Assembly (NCBI RefSeq): GCF_000478275.1
Contig: NZ_ASJB01000062.1
Span: 56,344 to 96,343 of the forward strand
Direction: 5' to 3'
Source: Amycolatopsis orientalis DSM 40040 = KCTC 9412
Lineage (GTDB): Bacteria > Actinomycetota > Actinomycetes > Mycobacteriales > Pseudonocardiaceae
DNA: 40,000 nucleotides
Part shown: piece after piece, positions 25,557 to 37,542 of the stretch
How the letters are laid out: the number at the start of each line of letters is the position of its first letter
How positions within the stretch are numbered: position 1 is the first letter of the stretch
Made by a program: the position numbers and the translations under genes
Notes under the pieces: model-generated
What the model saw: the letters and a program-made list of their open reading frames with translations, nothing else
What the model was told of the DNA's origin: nothing
Database searches by the model: none

Positions 25557-27515
25557 ATGGAAGTGGTGTTGCGCTTCGAGGGGGTGGACAAGAGCGAGAA
25601 CGACCCCGATCCCTGGGTGACGAAGGTCCGCAAGGGGACGGTGCGCCGGGTACTCGCCTACTTCCGCCCGCACATCGGCAAGGTGGCGCTCTTCGTTCTC
25701 GTCGCCGTGCTGGAGTCGCTCATCGTCGTCGCAACCCCCTTGCTGCTGAAGGAACTCATCGACGGCGGCATCGTCAAGAACGATCCCGGGGTCGTGGTCC
25801 TGATGGCCTCCCTCACGGCCGGACTCGCCGTGCTGGCCGCGGCGCTGGCGCTGCTGTCCGGCTACATCTCCGGAAAGATCGGCGAGGGGATCACCTACGA
25901 CCTCCGGGTGCAGGCGCTCGACCACGTCCGGCGGCTGCCGATCGCGTTCTTCACCCGCACCCAGACCGGTGTCCTGGTCGGCAGGCTGCACACCGAACTG
26001 ATCATGGCGCAGCAGCATTTCACCGGTTTGCTGATGGCCGCCACCAGTTTGGTCATGGTCGTGGTGGTGCTGGCCGAGCTGATCTACCTTTCGTGGCTCG
26101 TCGCCGTCATCTCGCTGCTGCTGATCCCGATCTTCCTCGTGCCGTGGATCCGGGTCGGGCGGGCGATCCAGCGGCGCAGCATCCGGCTGATGGACGCGAA
26201 CACCGGCCTCGGCGGACTTCTCCAGGAGCGGTTCAACGTCCAGGGCGCGATGCTCTCCAAGCTCTTCGGCCGTCCGGACGAGGAGATGGCCGAGTACGCG
26301 GACCGCGCCGGGAAGATCCGCGAGGTCGGCGTGAGCCTTTCCGTCTGGGGCCGGATGGCCTTCGTGATGATGGGGCTGATGGCCTCGCTCGCCACGGCGC
26401 TCGTCTACGGGATCGGCGGCGGGCTCGTGCTCGCGGGGGCCTTCCAGCTCGGCACGCTGGTCGCCATCGCCACGCTGCTTTCGCGGCTGTTCGGGCCGAT
26501 CACCCAGCTGTCCGGGATGCAGGAGCTCGCGCAGACCGTCGTGGTCAGCTTCTCCCGGGTCTTCGAGCTGCTCGACCTGAAGCCGCTGATCCAGGAGCGT
26601 CCCGACGCGGTCGAACTCGAAAAGGACGTGGCGCCGGACATCGAGTTCGAGGACGTGGTGTTCCGCTATCCCACCGCGGACGAGGTCTCGCTGGCGTCGC
26701 TGGAACACCTGCGCGCCGAGCGGGAGCGCGGGGAGGTGTCGCCGGATGTCCTGCGCGGCGTGAATTTCCACGTGCGGGCCGGAACGCTCACCGCGCTCGT
26801 CGGCCCGTCCGGCGCGGGGAAGAGCACCATCACCCACCTGGTGTCCCGGCTGTACGACCCGAACTCCGGAAGCGTCCGCGTCGGCGGGCACGATCTGCGG
26901 GACCTCAGCTTCGCCTCGCTCCGCGACACGGTGGGCGTGGTCAGCCAGGACGCCTACCTCTTCCACAACACGATCCGGGAGAACCTTCTCTACGCGCGTC
27001 CGACAGCCACCGAGGACGAGCTGATCGAGGCGTGCAAGGGGGCCCAGATCTGGGACCTGATCGAATCCCTCCCGCTCGGGTTGGACACCGTCTCGGGTGA
27101 TCGCGGCTACCGCATGTCGGGCGGGGAGAAGCAGCGACTGGCCATCGCCAGGCTGCTGCTGAAGGAGCCGACGATCGTCGTGCTCGACGAAGCCACCGCG
27201 CATCTGGACTCCGAATCGGAGGCCGCCGTCCAGCGGGCGCTCAAGACCGCGCTGCGCAGCCGTACCTCGCTGGTGATCGCCCACCGGTTGTCCACGATCC
27301 GCGAGGCCGACCAGATCCTCGTGATCGACGGCGGCCGGGTGCGGGAGCGCGGGACGCACGACGAGCTGCTGGCCGAAGGTGGCCTTTACGCCGAGCTCTA
27401 CCGCACGCAGTTCGCCGACCCGGCGAACGACGCGGCCAAGCCGGAAATCGAAGAAGCCGAGCTGGACGAGCCTGAGCCTCAGCCGGCGATCCAACCCATT
27501 GGCTTCGGAGGATGA
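25557..27515 (+). CDS. tba: fused TMD-NBD ABC exporter (MsbA-like), glycopeptide export (Tba-like)
   Basis: [11 protein letters not shown] and ATG at 25557. Six-helix TMD, then Walker [10 protein letters not shown], signature [14 protein letters not shown] and Walker [13 protein letters not shown]. Track ORF 25179 is over-extended at the 5' end. The stop overlaps the NRPS ATG (ATGA). Confidence 0.9.
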   Translation: MEVVLRFEGVDKSENDPDPWVTKVRKGTVRRVLAYFRPHIGKVALFVLVAVLESLIVVATPLLLKELIDGGIVKNDPGVVVLMASLTAGLAVLAAALALLSGYISGKIGEGITYDLRVQALDHVRRLPIAFFTRTQTGVLVGRLHTELIMAQQHFTGLLMAATSLVMVVVVLAELIYLSWLVAVISLLLIPIFLVPWIRVGRAIQRRSIRLMDANTGLGGLLQERFNVQGAMLSKLFGRPDEEMAEYADRAGKIREVGVSLSVWGRMAFVMMGLMASLATALVYGIGGGLVLAGAFQLGTLVAIATLLSRLFGPITQLSGMQELAQTVVVSFSRVFELLDLKPLIQERPDAVELEKDVAPDIEFEDVVFRYPTADEVSLASLEHLRAERERGEVSPDVLRGVNFHVRAGTLTALVGPSGAGKSTITHLVSRLYDPNSGSVRVGGHDLRDLSFASLRDTVGVVSQDAYLFHNTIRENLLYARPTATEDELIEACKGAQIWDLIESLPLGLDTVSGDRGYRMSGGEKQRLAIARLLLKEPTIVVLDEATAHLDSESEAAVQRALKTALRSRTSLVIAHRLSTIREADQILVIDGGRVRERGTHDELLAEGGLYAELYRTQFADPANDAAKPEIEEAELDEPEPQPAIQPIGFGG

Positions 27516-29230
27516 CGATGAATTCCGCAGCGCGGACCCCCGCGACGGTGCTGGAGCTGTTCGCCTCGCGGGTGGGGCGGACGCCCGGCGCGGTGGCCGT
27601 GGTCGACGGCGACCGGGTGCTGACCTACCGGGAACTCGACGAGGCCGCGGGCCTGCTGGCCGGACGGCTGGCGGGCCGGGGCATCCGCCGTGGCGACCGG
27701 GTCGCGGTGATGATGGGCCGCTCGGCGGATCTGCTGGTGGCGCTGCTCGCCGTGTGGAAGGCGGGGGCGACGTACGTACCGGTGGACGCCGCCTATCCGG
27801 CGCCGCGGGTGGAATTCATGGTGCGCGATTCGGCGGCCGCGCTGATGGTGTGCTCGGTCGCGTCGCGTGACGCCGTACCGGAGGGCGTCGATTCGCTCGT
27901 GGTGGACGCCGTCACGGACGAGGACGGGCGTGCGCCGACGGCCACGGTGCGCCCGGAGGACCTGGCGTTCGTGATGTACACGTCCGGCTCCACGGGCAGG
28001 CCCAAGGGGGTGGCGATCACCCAGGGCAGTGTCGCGGACTTGGTGCGGGACCCCGGTTGGGCGATGGGGCCGGACGACGCCGTGCTGATGCATTCACCGC
28101 ACGCCTTCGACGCGTCCCTGTTCGAGGTCTGGACGCCGCTGGCCTCGGGCGCGCGGGTGGTGATCGCCGAACCGGGTTCGGTGGACGTGCGGCGCCTGCG
28201 CGCCGCGGCCGCGGCCGGGGTGACGCGGGTGTACCTGACCGCGGGGAGTTTCCGCGCGGTGGCGGAGGAGGCGCCGGAGTCGTTCGCGGCGTTCCGTGAG
28301 GTGCTGACCGGCGGTGACGTGGTGCCCGCGCACGCGGTGCAGCGGGTGCGGCAGGCCTGTCCCGAGGCGCGGTTCCGGAACATGTACGGGCCGACGGAAG
28401 CGACGATGTGCGCGACGTGGTACCCGCTGGAACCGGGCGAGGTGCTGGGTGCGGTGGTGCCGATCGGACGTCCGCTGGCCGGCCGCCGGGTCCAGGTGCT
28501 CGACGAGTCGCTGCGCCCGGTGGAGCCGGGCGTGGTCGGCGACCTGTACCTCTCCGGATGTCTGGCGGAGGGCTACTTCGGCCGGCCGGGGCTGACGGCG
28601 GAGCGGTTCGTCGCGGATCCCTCCGCGCCGGGACAGCGGATGTACTGGACGGGTGACCTCGCCCAGTGGACGGCGGACGGTGAGCTGCTGTTCGCGGGCC
28701 GGGCCGACGACCAGGTGAAGGTCCGCGGGTTCCGGATCGAGCCCGGCGAGATCGAGGCCGCGCTGATCGCCCAGCCGGAGGTCCACGACGCCGTGGTCGC
28801 GGCGATCGAGGGACGGCTGATCGGCTACGTGGTGGCCGATGAGGACGTGGATCCCGTCGTCGTCCGCGAGCGCCTCCGCGCGGAATTGCCGGAATACCTG
28901 GTTCCCGTCGTCGTCCTCACGCTGGACGCGTTGCCCTTGACCCGTAACGGAAAGGTGGACAGGGCGGCGCTGCCCGCGCCCGAGTTCGCGACGGGCGCCG
29001 CGGGCCGTGAACCCGCCACCGAGGAGGAACGCGTCCTTTGTGGACTGTTCGCCGACGTGCTCCGGCTCGACCGGGCCGGGGTCGACGACGGCTTCTTCGA
29101 CCTGGGCGGGGATTCGATCTTCGCGATGCGCCTGGCGGCACGCGCGGCCAAGGCGGGCCTGCTGGTGACACCCGTCCAGATCTTCGAGGAGAAGACCCCC
29201 GCGCGGCTGGCGGCGGTGGCGCGTCCGGTA
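27512..29230 (+). other. NRPS module 1: A-T (approximate bounds), no E domain
   Basis: A3 core [11 protein letters not shown] at 27977-28009. A10 NGKVDR near 28950. Carrier Ser codon at 29114-29116 in FFDLGGDSI. The next domain begins directly with the C-domain N-terminus [11 protein letters not shown] (about 29318). Confidence 0.8.
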
Positions 29231-32200
29231 CCGGCCGACGAGCCCCTCGACGGCCCCCTGCTCGATTTGACCGAAGCGGAGGAGGCGGAGCTGGCGATCG
29301 CCGCTCCGGGTGCCGAGGAGATCTGGCCGCTGGCGCCGTTGCAGGAGGGGTTGCTCTTCGAGTCGATCCTGGACGACGAGGGCTCCGACATCTACCAGGT
29401 GCAGGTGATCCTGGAGCTGAACGGGCCGCTGGACGAAGCCCGGCTGCGGGCCGCGTGGGACACGGTCGTCCACCGGCACCCCGAGCTTCGGCTCACCTTC
29501 CACCGGCTCGAGTCGGGCAAGACGGTGCAGGCCGTCCACGGGGACGTCGCCGTGCCGTGGCGGGCGGTGGATCTGGCGGGTGCCGACGACGTCGACGCGG
29601 CCGTCGGGGCCTTGGCCGGACAGGAACAGGGAAAGCGGTTCGATCTCGCCAAGGCGCCGCTGGTCCGGCTGGTGCTGATCCGGATCGGCGAGGACCGGCA
29701 CCGGCTGCTGTTCGTCATCCACCACATCCTGGTCGACGGCTGGTCGGTGGCGGTGATCCTCAACGAGGTCGCCGACGCGTACACGGCGGGCGGACGGCTG
29801 CCGGAACAGCGCGGCGGCGCCTCCTTCAAGGACTACCTGGCGTGGCTGGACCGGCAGGACAAGGACGCGGCGAGGGCGGCCTGGCGCGACGAGCTGGCCG
29901 GTCTCGACGAGCCCGCGCTGATCGCGACGACGTCCGTCGAGACGGACTACGACTACCGCGCCACCCACCTGACCCCGGCGCTGCACACCAGGCTGCTGGA
30001 GTTCGCCCGTGAGCACGGGCTGACGCCGAGCACGGTGGTGCACGCCGCCTGGGCGCTGGTGCTGGCGCGTCTCACGCGGCGGACCGACGTGGTGTTCGGC
30101 ACCATGGTCGCGACCCGCCCCGCGGAACTCGAGGGTATCGAGTCGATGCCGGGCCTGCTGATGAGCGCGGTGCCGGTGCGGGTGCCCCTCGACGGCGGCC
30201 AACCGGTCGTGGACCTGCTGACCGACCTGCACACCAGGCAGACGGCCCTCAAACCGCATCAGCATCTGGGCCTGCCGGAGATCCAGAAGGCGGCCGGACC
30301 CGGCGCGGGCTTCGACACGCTGCTGGTGATCGAGAACTACCCGCGGGAGTACGCCGCTCAGTTCACGCATCTGCGCACCATCGAAGGCACGCACTATCCG
30401 CTGACCCTCGGCATCACGCCCGGGGAGCGGTTCAAGATCCAGCTCGGCTACTGGCAGGGACAGGTTCCCGACGCCGTCGCCGAATCGCTGCTGGAGTGGT
30501 TCGTCGGCGCGATCGGCGCGCTGGTCGCCGATCCCGCCCGCCCGGTGGGGCGGATCGGGGTGGGCACGGCCGAGACGCGCGAGTGGGCCGCGCCGTTGGT
30601 GGCGGGCGAGCCGCTGCCGTCGCTGGTCGGACGGATCGCGGCGCGGCTGCCGGACAACGTGGCGCTGGTGGACAGCGAGGGTGAGCTGTCCTACGCGGAG
30701 TTGTGGGAGCGGTCGCTGAAGCTCGCGGCCGTGTTGCGGGACAACGGTGTCGGGTCCGAAAGCCGGGTCGGCCTGGTGGTGGGGCGCTCGTCCTGGTGGA
30801 CGGTCGGCATGCTGGGCGTGTTGCTGGCGGGCGGCACTTTCGTGCCGGTGGACCCGGCCTATCCGGACGAGCGCAAGGAATGGATCTTCCGGAGCGCGGA
30901 TCCGATGCTGGTGGTGTGCGAGGGGACGACGCGGGGAGCGGTGCCCGTCGAGTTCGCGGACCGGCTGCTGGTGGTCGACGACGTCGACCTGTCGGCGACT
31001 CCGGAAGCGGAGCTGCCGCGAGTGGATCCGCGCAGCGCCGCGTACGTGATCTACACGTCGGGGTCGACGGGAACTCCGAAGGGAGTCGTCGTCACCCATA
31101 CCGGCCTGGGAAACCTGGCGCTGGCGCATATCGACCGGTTCCGGGTGACGCCGTCGTCGCGGGTGCTGCAGTTCGCCGCGCTCGGCTTCGACACCATCGT
31201 GTCCGAGGTGATGATGGCGTTGCTGTCGGGCGCGACGCTGGTGGTGCCGCCGGAGCAGGAACTGCCGCCCCGGATGGCGTTCTCCGAAACGCTGGAACGG
31301 TGGGGCATCACGCAGGTGAAGGCGCCGCCGTCGGTGCTGGGCACGGTCGACGCGCTGCCGCCGACCGTGGAAACGGTGGTGGCGGCGGGCGAACTCTGCC
31401 CGCCGGGTCTGGTGGACCGGCTGTCCGCGGACCGGCGGATGATCAACGCCTACGGGCCGACCGAGACCACGATCTGCGCGACGATGAGCCTGCCGCTGAC
31501 GCCGGGTCAGCATCCGATCCCGTTCGGTGGCCCGGTTCCCGGGGTGCGCGGATATCTGCTGGACTCGTTCCTGCGTCCGCTGCCTCCCGGGGTGACCGGT
31601 GAGCTGTACCTTTCCGGGATCGGGGTGGCCCGCGGCTATCTGGGCCGTCCGGGGCTGACGGCGGAGCGGTTCGTCGCCGATCCGTTCGCCCCCGGTGAGC
31701 GGATGTACCGGACCGGGGACCTGGCCTACTGGACCGACCAGGGTGAGCTGGTGTCCGCCGGGCGCGCCGACGACCAGGTCAAGATCCGCGGGTTCCGGGT
31801 CGAACCCCGCGAGATCGAGTTCGCCTTGTCCGCCTACCCCCGGATCACGCAGGCCACGGTGACCGTCCGCGAAGACCGCCTGCTCGCCTACGTGACACCG
31901 GGCGACATCGACACGCAGGCGGTGCGGAAACATCTCGCGTCCCGGATGCCCCAGTACATGGTGCCCGCGGCGGTGGTGGCGCTGGACACCCTGCCGCTGA
32001 CGGCGCACGGGAAGATCGACCGGCGCGCGCTACCCGATCCCGAGTTCACCACCGGGGCGCCCGCCAGGGAACCGGCCACCGAGACCGAGCGGGTGCTGTG
32101 CGAGTTGTTCGCCGGTGTCCTCGGTCTGGAGCAGGTCGGGGTGGACGACAGTTTCTTCGATCTGGGCGGGGACTCCATCCTTTCGATGCAGCTGGCGGCG

Positions 32201-35200
32201 CGGGCACGGCGTTCGGGGCTGACGTTCTCCGCCGCCGACGTCTTCGACGGGAAGACACCGGAGCGGATCGCGCGGCTGGCGGAGGAATCGGCGCCGCCGG
32301 AGCCGGGGCGTCCGGCGAAATCCGACGGTGTGGGCGAGGTCCCGTGGACGCCGGTGACGCGGATGCTGGGCGACGGCGTCACGGGATCGGCGTTCGCGCA
32401 GTGGATGGTGGTGGGCGCGCCCGCGGATCTGACGGAGAAGACGGTGGCGGCCGGGTTCGCGGCCGTGGTGGACGCGCACGACATGCTGCGGGCACGGGTC
32501 GTCGACGACGAGAGCGGCCGTCGCCTGCTGGTCGGCGAGCGTGGTTCGGTCACCGGGTCGGTCACCCGCGTGGGACTCGACGGCCGTCCGGTGGACGAGG
32601 TCGTCGAGGAGGCGGCGCGCGACGCCGTGAGCAAGCTGGATCCGTCGGCTGGCGTGCTGGCGCGGGCGGTGTGGGTGGACGCCGGACCGGACCGGATCGG
32701 GCGGCTCGTGGTGGTGGTGCACCACCTGTCGGTCGACGGTGTGTCGTGGCGGGTGCTGCTTTCGGATCTGCAAAGCGCTTGCGAGGCGGTGGCCGCGGGC
32801 CGGGAGCCGGTGCTGGAGCCGGTGGAGGTGTCCTTCAAGCAGTGGGCGGGCCTGCTCGGTGAGTGGGCGGTCTCCGCGGAGCGCGTCGGGGAATTGGCGG
32901 CGTGGAAGGCGATCCTCGGACAGGAGCAGCCGGCCGCCACCCGTGAGCTGACCACGAGTCAGGCCGCGAAGGGCGAAGTGCGCTCGCGGTCGTGGGTGGT
33001 GCCGAAGACGGAGACGTCGGCGTTGGTCGGGCGGGCACCGGTCGTGTTCCACTGCGGCGTCCACGAGATCCTGCTCGCCGGGCTGGCCGGAGCGGTGACG
33101 CGGTGGCGTGGCGGGGACACGGTCCTGGTGGACGTGGAAAGCCACGGCCGCCATCCGGCCGACGGGATGGATCTGTCCCGGACGGTGGGCTGGTTCACCA
33201 GCGCGCATCCGGTCCGGCTGGAAGTGGCGGGGACCGAGCTGGCCGACGTGCTCGCCGGTGGTCCGGCGGCCGGGCGTCTGCTGAAGACGGTCAAGGAGCA
33301 GTCGCGGGCCGTGCCCGGCGACGGGCTCGGCTACGGACTGCTGCGCTACCTCAATGACACGACCGCGCCGGTACTGGCGGAACTGCCGTCGGCGCGGATC
33401 GGGTTCAACTACATGGGCAGGTTCGCCACCGGTGAGGACAGCGGGGTGCGGGCGTGGCAGCCGGTCGGGGACATCGGCAGCTCGCTCGAACCCGGAATGG
33501 GCCTGCCGCACGCGATCGAGGTCAACGCGATCGTCCAGGACCTGCCGGACGGGCCCGAACTGACGCTCATGCTGGAATGGCAGGAGGATTTGCTCGGCGA
33601 AGCCGAGATCGACCAACTGGGCCAAGGGATGCTGGCCGTGCTGGCCGGGCTCGCCCGGCAGGCGGAGGATCCCGCCGCGGGCGGGCACACCGCGTCCGAC
33701 TTCGCTCTCGTCGCACTGGGCCAGGACGAGATCGAGGCCCTCGAAGCCGAATTCGCGGACGCCGGTGGGGTGGCCGACCTGCTGCCGCTGTCACCGTTGC
33801 AGCACGGTCTCGCCTTCCACGCCGGTTTCTCCGGTGACGGCGTCGATGTCTATACCGCGCAAGCGGTGCTGGAACTGACCGGTCCGCTGGACATGCCGCT
33901 GCTGCGGAAGTCCGTCCGCGCGCTCCTGGACAGGCACGCGAATCTGCGCGCCGGCTTCCGGCACGCCGCCGACGGGTCCGCGTACCAGGTGATCCCCGGT
34001 GCCCTGGCGGTGCCGGTGACCCTGGTGGACGTGACCGGGTCGGCGGATCCGGAGGCCGAGGCGGCGGCGGTGGCCGCGGCCGAGCGGGCCCGGCCGTTCG
34101 ATCTGGCCAAGCCCCCGCTGCTGCGGCTGACGGTGGTGGCCTTGGGCGAGAACGACCACCGGCTGGTGCTGACCAACCACCACATCCTGCTCGACGGCTG
34201 GTCGACGCCGCTGCTGCTGGACGAACTGCTCACGCTGTACCGCGACGGGGCGGTTCCGTCCGCGCTCGCGCCGGTCAACCCGTACCGGGAGTACCTGGCC
34301 TGGGTGCGCGAAACCGATCGGGACGCGGCGATCACCGCCTGGCGCGACGCCTTGGCGGGACTGCCGGAGCCGACGCTGGTCGCGGCCGACCGGGCGGTCC
34401 CGGTCCAGGTGCCCGGGCAGATGTGGGCCGAACTGGACGAGGCGTTCGCCGGTGCGCTGGCCGCGCGGGCCCGCGAGTGCGGGGTCACCGTCAGCACGAT
34501 GCTGCAGGCGGTGTGGGGCATGGTGCTGGCCGCGATCACCGGACGCGACGACGTCGTGTTCGGGGCGGTGGTGTCCGGCCGCCCGGCGGAACTGCCCGGC
34601 ATCGAGACCATGGTCGGGCTGTTCATCAACACCGTCCCGGTCCGGGTCCGGATGGAACCCCGGCACACCTTCGCCGAACTGGTGAAGGAAGTGCAGGACG
34701 AGCAGATCGCCTTGCTGGCCCATCACCACGTCGGCCTCACCGACATCCAGCAGACCGCCGGACTGGGCAGGCTGTTCGACACGCTCGTCGTCTACGAGAA
34801 CTACCCCCGGCCAGCCGAGACCGCCGACGCGGAACCGGATCGGTTGCGGGTGCTGGGAATGACCGCCGCCGACGCCACGCACTATCCGCTGGCGCTGGCC
34901 GTCGTCCCGGGCGAAAGCCTGCGGCTGCGGCTGGAACACCAGCCCGCGATGTTCACCACCGAGCAGGCGGCCGCCGTGCTGGACCGGTTCACGCGGGTGC
35001 TCGAAGCCGTGGTCGCCGATCCGGGGACGCCGCTCGCGGCGGTGCCGATCCTGTCCGAGTCCGAACAGCGAGAGCTGCGGGCGCGCAACGACACCGCGGT
35101 GCCGGTGCCGGACCGGACGCTGCCGGAGTTGTTCGCCGCGCAGGTCGCCGCCACCCCGGACGCGACCGCGGTGACCTTCGAGGACCGGTCGCTGTCCTAC

Positions 35201-36958
35201 GCCGAACTCGACGCCCGCGCCGATCGGCTGGCACGCCGGCTCATCGAGCGGGGTGTCGGTCCCGAAGGCCTGGTCGCGGTGATGATGCCCCGGTCGCTGG
35301 ACCTGGTCGTCACGGTGCTGGCGATCACCAAGACCGGAGGAGCCTGGCTGCCGATCGACCCGGTCTACCCGGCCGATCGTGTCACCTACATCCTCGACGA
35401 CGCCCGGCCGGCACTGGTGATCACGAGCGCCGCGCTGGCGGACTCGCCCGCCGGTGAGGTGCTGGCGGCACGGCCGGCGACGGTGGTGCTCGACGATCTC
35501 GCGACCGCGGGCGGCGAGCACACGCCGGTCACCGACGCCGATCGGATCCGGCCGCTGGATCCGCGTCATCCGGCCTACCTCATCTACACCTCGGGCTCGA
35601 CCGGCCGCCCCAAGGCCGTCGTCGTCACCCACCGGAACCTGGCGAACTATCTGTTCCACTGCGGGAAGAAGTACCCGGGGCTGCGGGGACGGTCGCTGCT
35701 GCATTCGTCGATCGCCTTCGACCTGACGGTCACCGCGATGCTCACCCCGCTCACCGTCGGGGGAACGGTCCAGGTCGGTGCGCTGGAAGACCTGATCGGC
35801 ACGGTGGAAAGCGCCCCGGCGCTGTTCCTCAAGGCCACGCCGAGCCATTTGCAGACGCTGGAGACCGGCTCCCGGGAGATCGCCGTTCCCGGTGATCTCC
35901 TGCTCGGCGGCGAACAGTTGTCCGTCGAGACGGTCGCCGACTGGCGCCGGACGTATCCGAACACCGTGGTGGTCAACGAATACGGGCCGACGGAGGCGAC
36001 GGTCGGGTGCGTCGAATACCGGCTCGAACCCGGGCAGGCGGCGCCGTCCGGCGACGTGGTGCCGATCGGCACCCCGATGACGAACATGCGGGCGTTCGTC
36101 CTGGATTCGTGGCTGCGGCCGGTGCCGCCGGGCGCGGTGGGCGAGTTGTACGTGTCCGGTGCGGGCGTGGCACGGGGTTATCTGGGGCGGGCGGGGCTGA
36201 CCGCGACGCGGTTCGTGGCCGATCCGTTCGGTGCCGGTGAACTGATGTACCGGACCGGGGACCTGGTGCGGTGGAACCCGGACGGGGAACTGGTCTTCGC
36301 CGGCCGTGTCGACGACCAGGTGAAGGTGCGGGGATACCGCATCGAACCCGGTGAGATCGAGGCGGCACTGGAGGCGCACGAATCGGTGGGGCAGGCCGTC
36401 GTACTGGCCAGGGACAGTGCTTCCGGCAAACGACTGATCGGCTATGTGACTCCCGCCGGGGACACCGGGGTGGACGTCGCCGCGGTGCGCGCGGCCGTGG
36501 CGGCCCGGCTGCCGGAGTACATGGTGCCCGCGGCGGTGGTGGTGCTCGACGCGCTTCCGTTGACGGCCAACGGGAAAGTGGACCGGGACGCGCTGCCGGA
36601 TCCCGACTTCAACGAACGCGTCTCGGGCCGGGAACCCGTCACGGAGGCCGAACGGCTGCTGTGCGCGCTTTTCGCCGAGGTCCTCGGCCTGGAGCGGGCA
36701 GGCGCGGACGACAGTTTCTTCGAACTGGGCGGGGATTCGATCCTGTCGATGCGACTGGCGGCGCGGGCGCACCGCGAGGGAATGGCCTTCGGCGCACGCG
36801 AGGTGTTCGAGCTGCGGACGCCCGCCGGGATCGCGGCGATCGTCGAGCGGGCACCGGATGTGCCCGCCGCGGCGGACTATGCCGGGTCCGACGTCGCCCT
36901 GCTCGAACTGAACCAGGACGAAATCGACGAATTCGAAGCCGAGTTCGACGCCTCGTGA
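27512..36958 (+). CDS. bpsA: glycopeptide NRPS 1, three modules (A-T / C-A-T-E / C-A-T), BpsA/CepA-like
   Basis: 3148 aa. Three adenylation cores, three carrier-protein GGDS sites, and three HHxxxDG motifs (two C, one E). Hand-read specificity codes are DAFYLGMMCK (Leu), DTSKVAAICK (Tyr/beta-OH-Tyr) and DLTKLGEVGK (Asn). The stop codon TGA 36956-36958 lies inside a repeat element. Confidence 0.95.
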   Translation: MTMNSAARTPATVLELFASRVGRTPGAVAVVDGDRVLTYRELDEAAGLLAGRLAGRGIRRGDRVAVMMGRSADLLVALLAVWKAGATYVPVDAAYPAPRVEFMVRDSAAALMVCSVASRDAVPEGVDSLVVDAVTDEDGRAPTATVRPEDLAFVMYTSGSTGRPKGVAITQGSVADLVRDPGWAMGPDDAVLMHSPHAFDASLFEVWTPLASGARVVIAEPGSVDVRRLRAAAAAGVTRVYLTAGSFRAVAEEAPESFAAFREVLTGGDVVPAHAVQRVRQACPEARFRNMYGPTEATMCATWYPLEPGEVLGAVVPIGRPLAGRRVQVLDESLRPVEPGVVGDLYLSGCLAEGYFGRPGLTAERFVADPSAPGQRMYWTGDLAQWTADGELLFAGRADDQVKVRGFRIEPGEIEAALIAQPEVHDAVVAAIEGRLIGYVVADEDVDPVVVRERLRAELPEYLVPVVVLTLDALPLTRNGKVDRAALPAPEFATGAAGREPATEEERVLCGLFADVLRLDRAGVDDGFFDLGGDSIFAMRLAARAAKAGLLVTPVQIFEEKTPARLAAVARPVPADEPLDGPLLDLTEAEEAELAIAAPGAEEIWPLAPLQEGLLFESILDDEGSDIYQVQVILELNGPLDEARLRAAWDTVVHRHPELRLTFHRLESGKTVQAVHGDVAVPWRAVDLAGADDVDAAVGALAGQEQGKRFDLAKAPLVRLVLIRIGEDRHRLLFVIHHILVDGWSVAVILNEVADAYTAGGRLPEQRGGASFKDYLAWLDRQDKDAARAAWRDELAGLDEPALIATTSVETDYDYRATHLTPALHTRLLEFAREHGLTPSTVVHAAWALVLARLTRRTDVVFGTMVATRPAELEGIESMPGLLMSAVPVRVPLDGGQPVVDLLTDLHTRQTALKPHQHLGLPEIQKAAGPGAGFDTLLVIENYPREYAAQFTHLRTIEGTHYPLTLGITPGERFKIQLGYWQGQVPDAVAESLLEWFVGAIGALVADPARPVGRIGVGTAETREWAAPLVAGEPLPSLVGRIAARLPDNVALVDSEGELSYAELWERSLKLAAVLRDNGVGSESRVGLVVGRSSWWTVGMLGVLLAGGTFVPVDPAYPDERKEWIFRSADPMLVVCEGTTRGAVPVEFADRLLVVDDVDLSATPEAELPRVDPRSAAYVIYTSGSTGTPKGVVVTHTGLGNLALAHIDRFRVTPSSRVLQFAALGFDTIVSEVMMALLSGATLVVPPEQELPPRMAFSETLERWGITQVKAPPSVLGTVDALPPTVETVVAAGELCPPGLVDRLSADRRMINAYGPTETTICATMSLPLTPGQHPIPFGGPVPGVRGYLLDSFLRPLPPGVTGELYLSGIGVARGYLGRPGLTAERFVADPFAPGERMYRTGDLAYWTDQGELVSAGRADDQVKIRGFRVEPREIEFALSAYPRITQATVTVREDRLLAYVTPGDIDTQAVRKHLASRMPQYMVPAAVVALDTLPLTAHGKIDRRALPDPEFTTGAPAREPATETERVLCELFAGVLGLEQVGVDDSFFDLGGDSILSMQLAARARRSGLTFSAADVFDGKTPERIARLAEESAPPEPGRPAKSDGVGEVPWTPVTRMLGDGVTGSAFAQWMVVGAPADLTEKTVAAGFAAVVDAHDMLRARVVDDESGRRLLVGERGSVTGSVTRVGLDGRPVDEVVEEAARDAVSKLDPSAGVLARAVWVDAGPDRIGRLVVVVHHLSVDGVSWRVLLSDLQSACEAVAAGREPVLEPVEVSFKQWAGLLGEWAVSAERVGELAAWKAILGQEQPAATRELTTSQAAKGEVRSRSWVVPKTETSALVGRAPVVFHCGVHEILLAGLAGAVTRWRGGDTVLVDVESHGRHPADGMDLSRTVGWFTSAHPVRLEVAGTELADVLAGGPAAGRLLKTVKEQSRAVPGDGLGYGLLRYLNDTTAPVLAELPSARIGFNYMGRFATGEDSGVRAWQPVGDIGSSLEPGMGLPHAIEVNAIVQDLPDGPELTLMLEWQEDLLGEAEIDQLGQGMLAVLAGLARQAEDPAAGGHTASDFALVALGQDEIEALEAEFADAGGVADLLPLSPLQHGLAFHAGFSGDGVDVYTAQAVLELTGPLDMPLLRKSVRALLDRHANLRAGFRHAADGSAYQVIPGALAVPVTLVDVTGSADPEAEAAAVAAAERARPFDLAKPPLLRLTVVALGENDHRLVLTNHHILLDGWSTPLLLDELLTLYRDGAVPSALAPVNPYREYLAWVRETDRDAAITAWRDALAGLPEPTLVAADRAVPVQVPGQMWAELDEAFAGALAARARECGVTVSTMLQAVWGMVLAAITGRDDVVFGAVVSGRPAELPGIETMVGLFINTVPVRVRMEPRHTFAELVKEVQDEQIALLAHHHVGLTDIQQTAGLGRLFDTLVVYENYPRPAETADAEPDRLRVLGMTAADATHYPLALAVVPGESLRLRLEHQPAMFTTEQAAAVLDRFTRVLEAVVADPGTPLAAVPILSESEQRELRARNDTAVPVPDRTLPELFAAQVAATPDATAVTFEDRSLSYAELDARADRLARRLIERGVGPEGLVAVMMPRSLDLVVTVLAITKTGGAWLPIDPVYPADRVTYILDDARPALVITSAALADSPAGEVLAARPATVVLDDLATAGGEHTPVTDADRIRPLDPRHPAYLIYTSGSTGRPKAVVVTHRNLANYLFHCGKKYPGLRGRSLLHSSIAFDLTVTAMLTPLTVGGTVQVGALEDLIGTVESAPALFLKATPSHLQTLETGSREIAVPGDLLLGGEQLSVETVADWRRTYPNTVVVNEYGPTEATVGCVEYRLEPGQAAPSGDVVPIGTPMTNMRAFVLDSWLRPVPPGAVGELYVSGAGVARGYLGRAGLTATRFVADPFGAGELMYRTGDLVRWNPDGELVFAGRVDDQVKVRGYRIEPGEIEAALEAHESVGQAVVLARDSASGKRLIGYVTPAGDTGVDVAAVRAAVAARLPEYMVPAAVVVLDALPLTANGKVDRDALPDPDFNERVSGREPVTEAERLLCALFAEVLGLERAGADDSFFELGGDSILSMRLAARAHREGMAFGAREVFELRTPAGIAAIVERAPDVPAAADYAGSDVALLELNQDEIDEFEAEFDAS
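29300..33715 (+). other. NRPS module 2: C-A-T-E (approximate bounds)
   Basis: C HHILVDG at 29720-29740. A3 core [11 protein letters not shown] at 31052-31084. Carrier Ser at 32174-32176. E-domain [10 protein letters not shown] starting at 32720. Confidence 0.8.
33770..36958 (+). other. NRPS module 3: C-A-T plus a short acidic C-terminal tail (approximate bounds)
   Basis: C HHILLDG at 34178-34198. A3 core [11 protein letters not shown] at 35585-35617. Carrier Ser at 36737-36739. Tail ...[23 protein letters not shown]. Confidence 0.8.
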
Positions 36959-37222
36959 GTGGTAATGAGGGTTATTTGAGGGGTAGGGCAAATGTGTCCC
37001 CAATGTGGCATTGGGGACGTTCAAGGTCTCCAATGCCACATTGGGGACACCGGCTCCGAAACACGGGCCCGGATCCCGTTCTGAAGGGAAGGTTCGAGAC
37101 GCTCCACGTCTGAAAGGGGCCTTCAGGGCACCCCAGGCCGCGAAAACCCCACCTGGCCCAGGGTGCACCACGCAGCTGTGTTTGCCTTACCTCTCAATAG
37201 AACCGTCATTACCGCTCACGAG
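36952..37222. mobile_element. MITE-like 271-bp element with terminal inverted repeats of about 33 bp, no coding capacity
   Basis: Left end CTCGTGAGTGGTAATGAGGGTTATTTGAGGGG (from 36952). The reverse complement of the right end (37190-37222) is CTCGTGAGCGGTAATGACGGTTCTATTGAGAGG, about 27 of 33 matches. Interior carries the hairpin 36994-37050 (21-bp perfect stem) and a degenerate CTGAAGG hairpin at 37081-37126. No target-site duplication is evident. Confidence 0.6.
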
Positions 37223-37472
37223 AGCGCGAGTTGTCACTCAGGGTGAGAGGTGTGTGGAAAGAGAGACGTTCACCGTCCCTCTTTCCACACACCCCTCGCA
37301 TCTCCACCGGTCTGGCCGAGGTGACCGGGCTGATCGCGCGGGACTGTGTGGATTTCTGTTCATCTAACGGAACAAAATCCACACAGTCGGCGCCCTTCGG
37401 TGGGTCGTGAGTGGTAAGTGTCGTTAGAACGACACTTACCACTCACGACCCGCCAGACCCACCACTCACGAG
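37222..37472. repeat. continuation of the hairpin-repeat block (locus 2)
   Basis: GAGCGCGAGTTGTCACTCAGGGTGAG at 37222-37247. Hairpin 37249-37293 (GGTGTGTGGAAAGAG / loop AGACGTTCACCGTCC / CTCTTTCCACACACC). CTCGCATC. Hairpin 37342-37388 (GACTGTGTGGATTT...AAATCCACACAGTC). Perfect palindrome 37402-37451 (GGGTCGTGAGTGGTAAGTGTCGTT-AG-AACGACACTTACCACTCACGACCC). Solo end fragment ACCACTCACGAG at 37461-37472. Confidence 0.85.
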
Positions 37473-37542
37473 GCCGCGGGGAGACTGGACATGTTGTCCG
37501 GTAAGGCCTTTCAGGCGGATGATTCTGCTGCCGGGGGGACAG

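Noticed and set aside
28094-32008. 1304-aa minus-strand ORF. The 33791..37171 (1126 aa), 32030..33688 and 37360..39144 minus ORFs are similar.
   Set aside because: They are antisense to NRPS genes whose + strand frames carry every expected core motif. Their Arg/Pro/Gly-rich translations are a GC artefact. The 33791..37171 ORF even runs through the non-coding repeat block.
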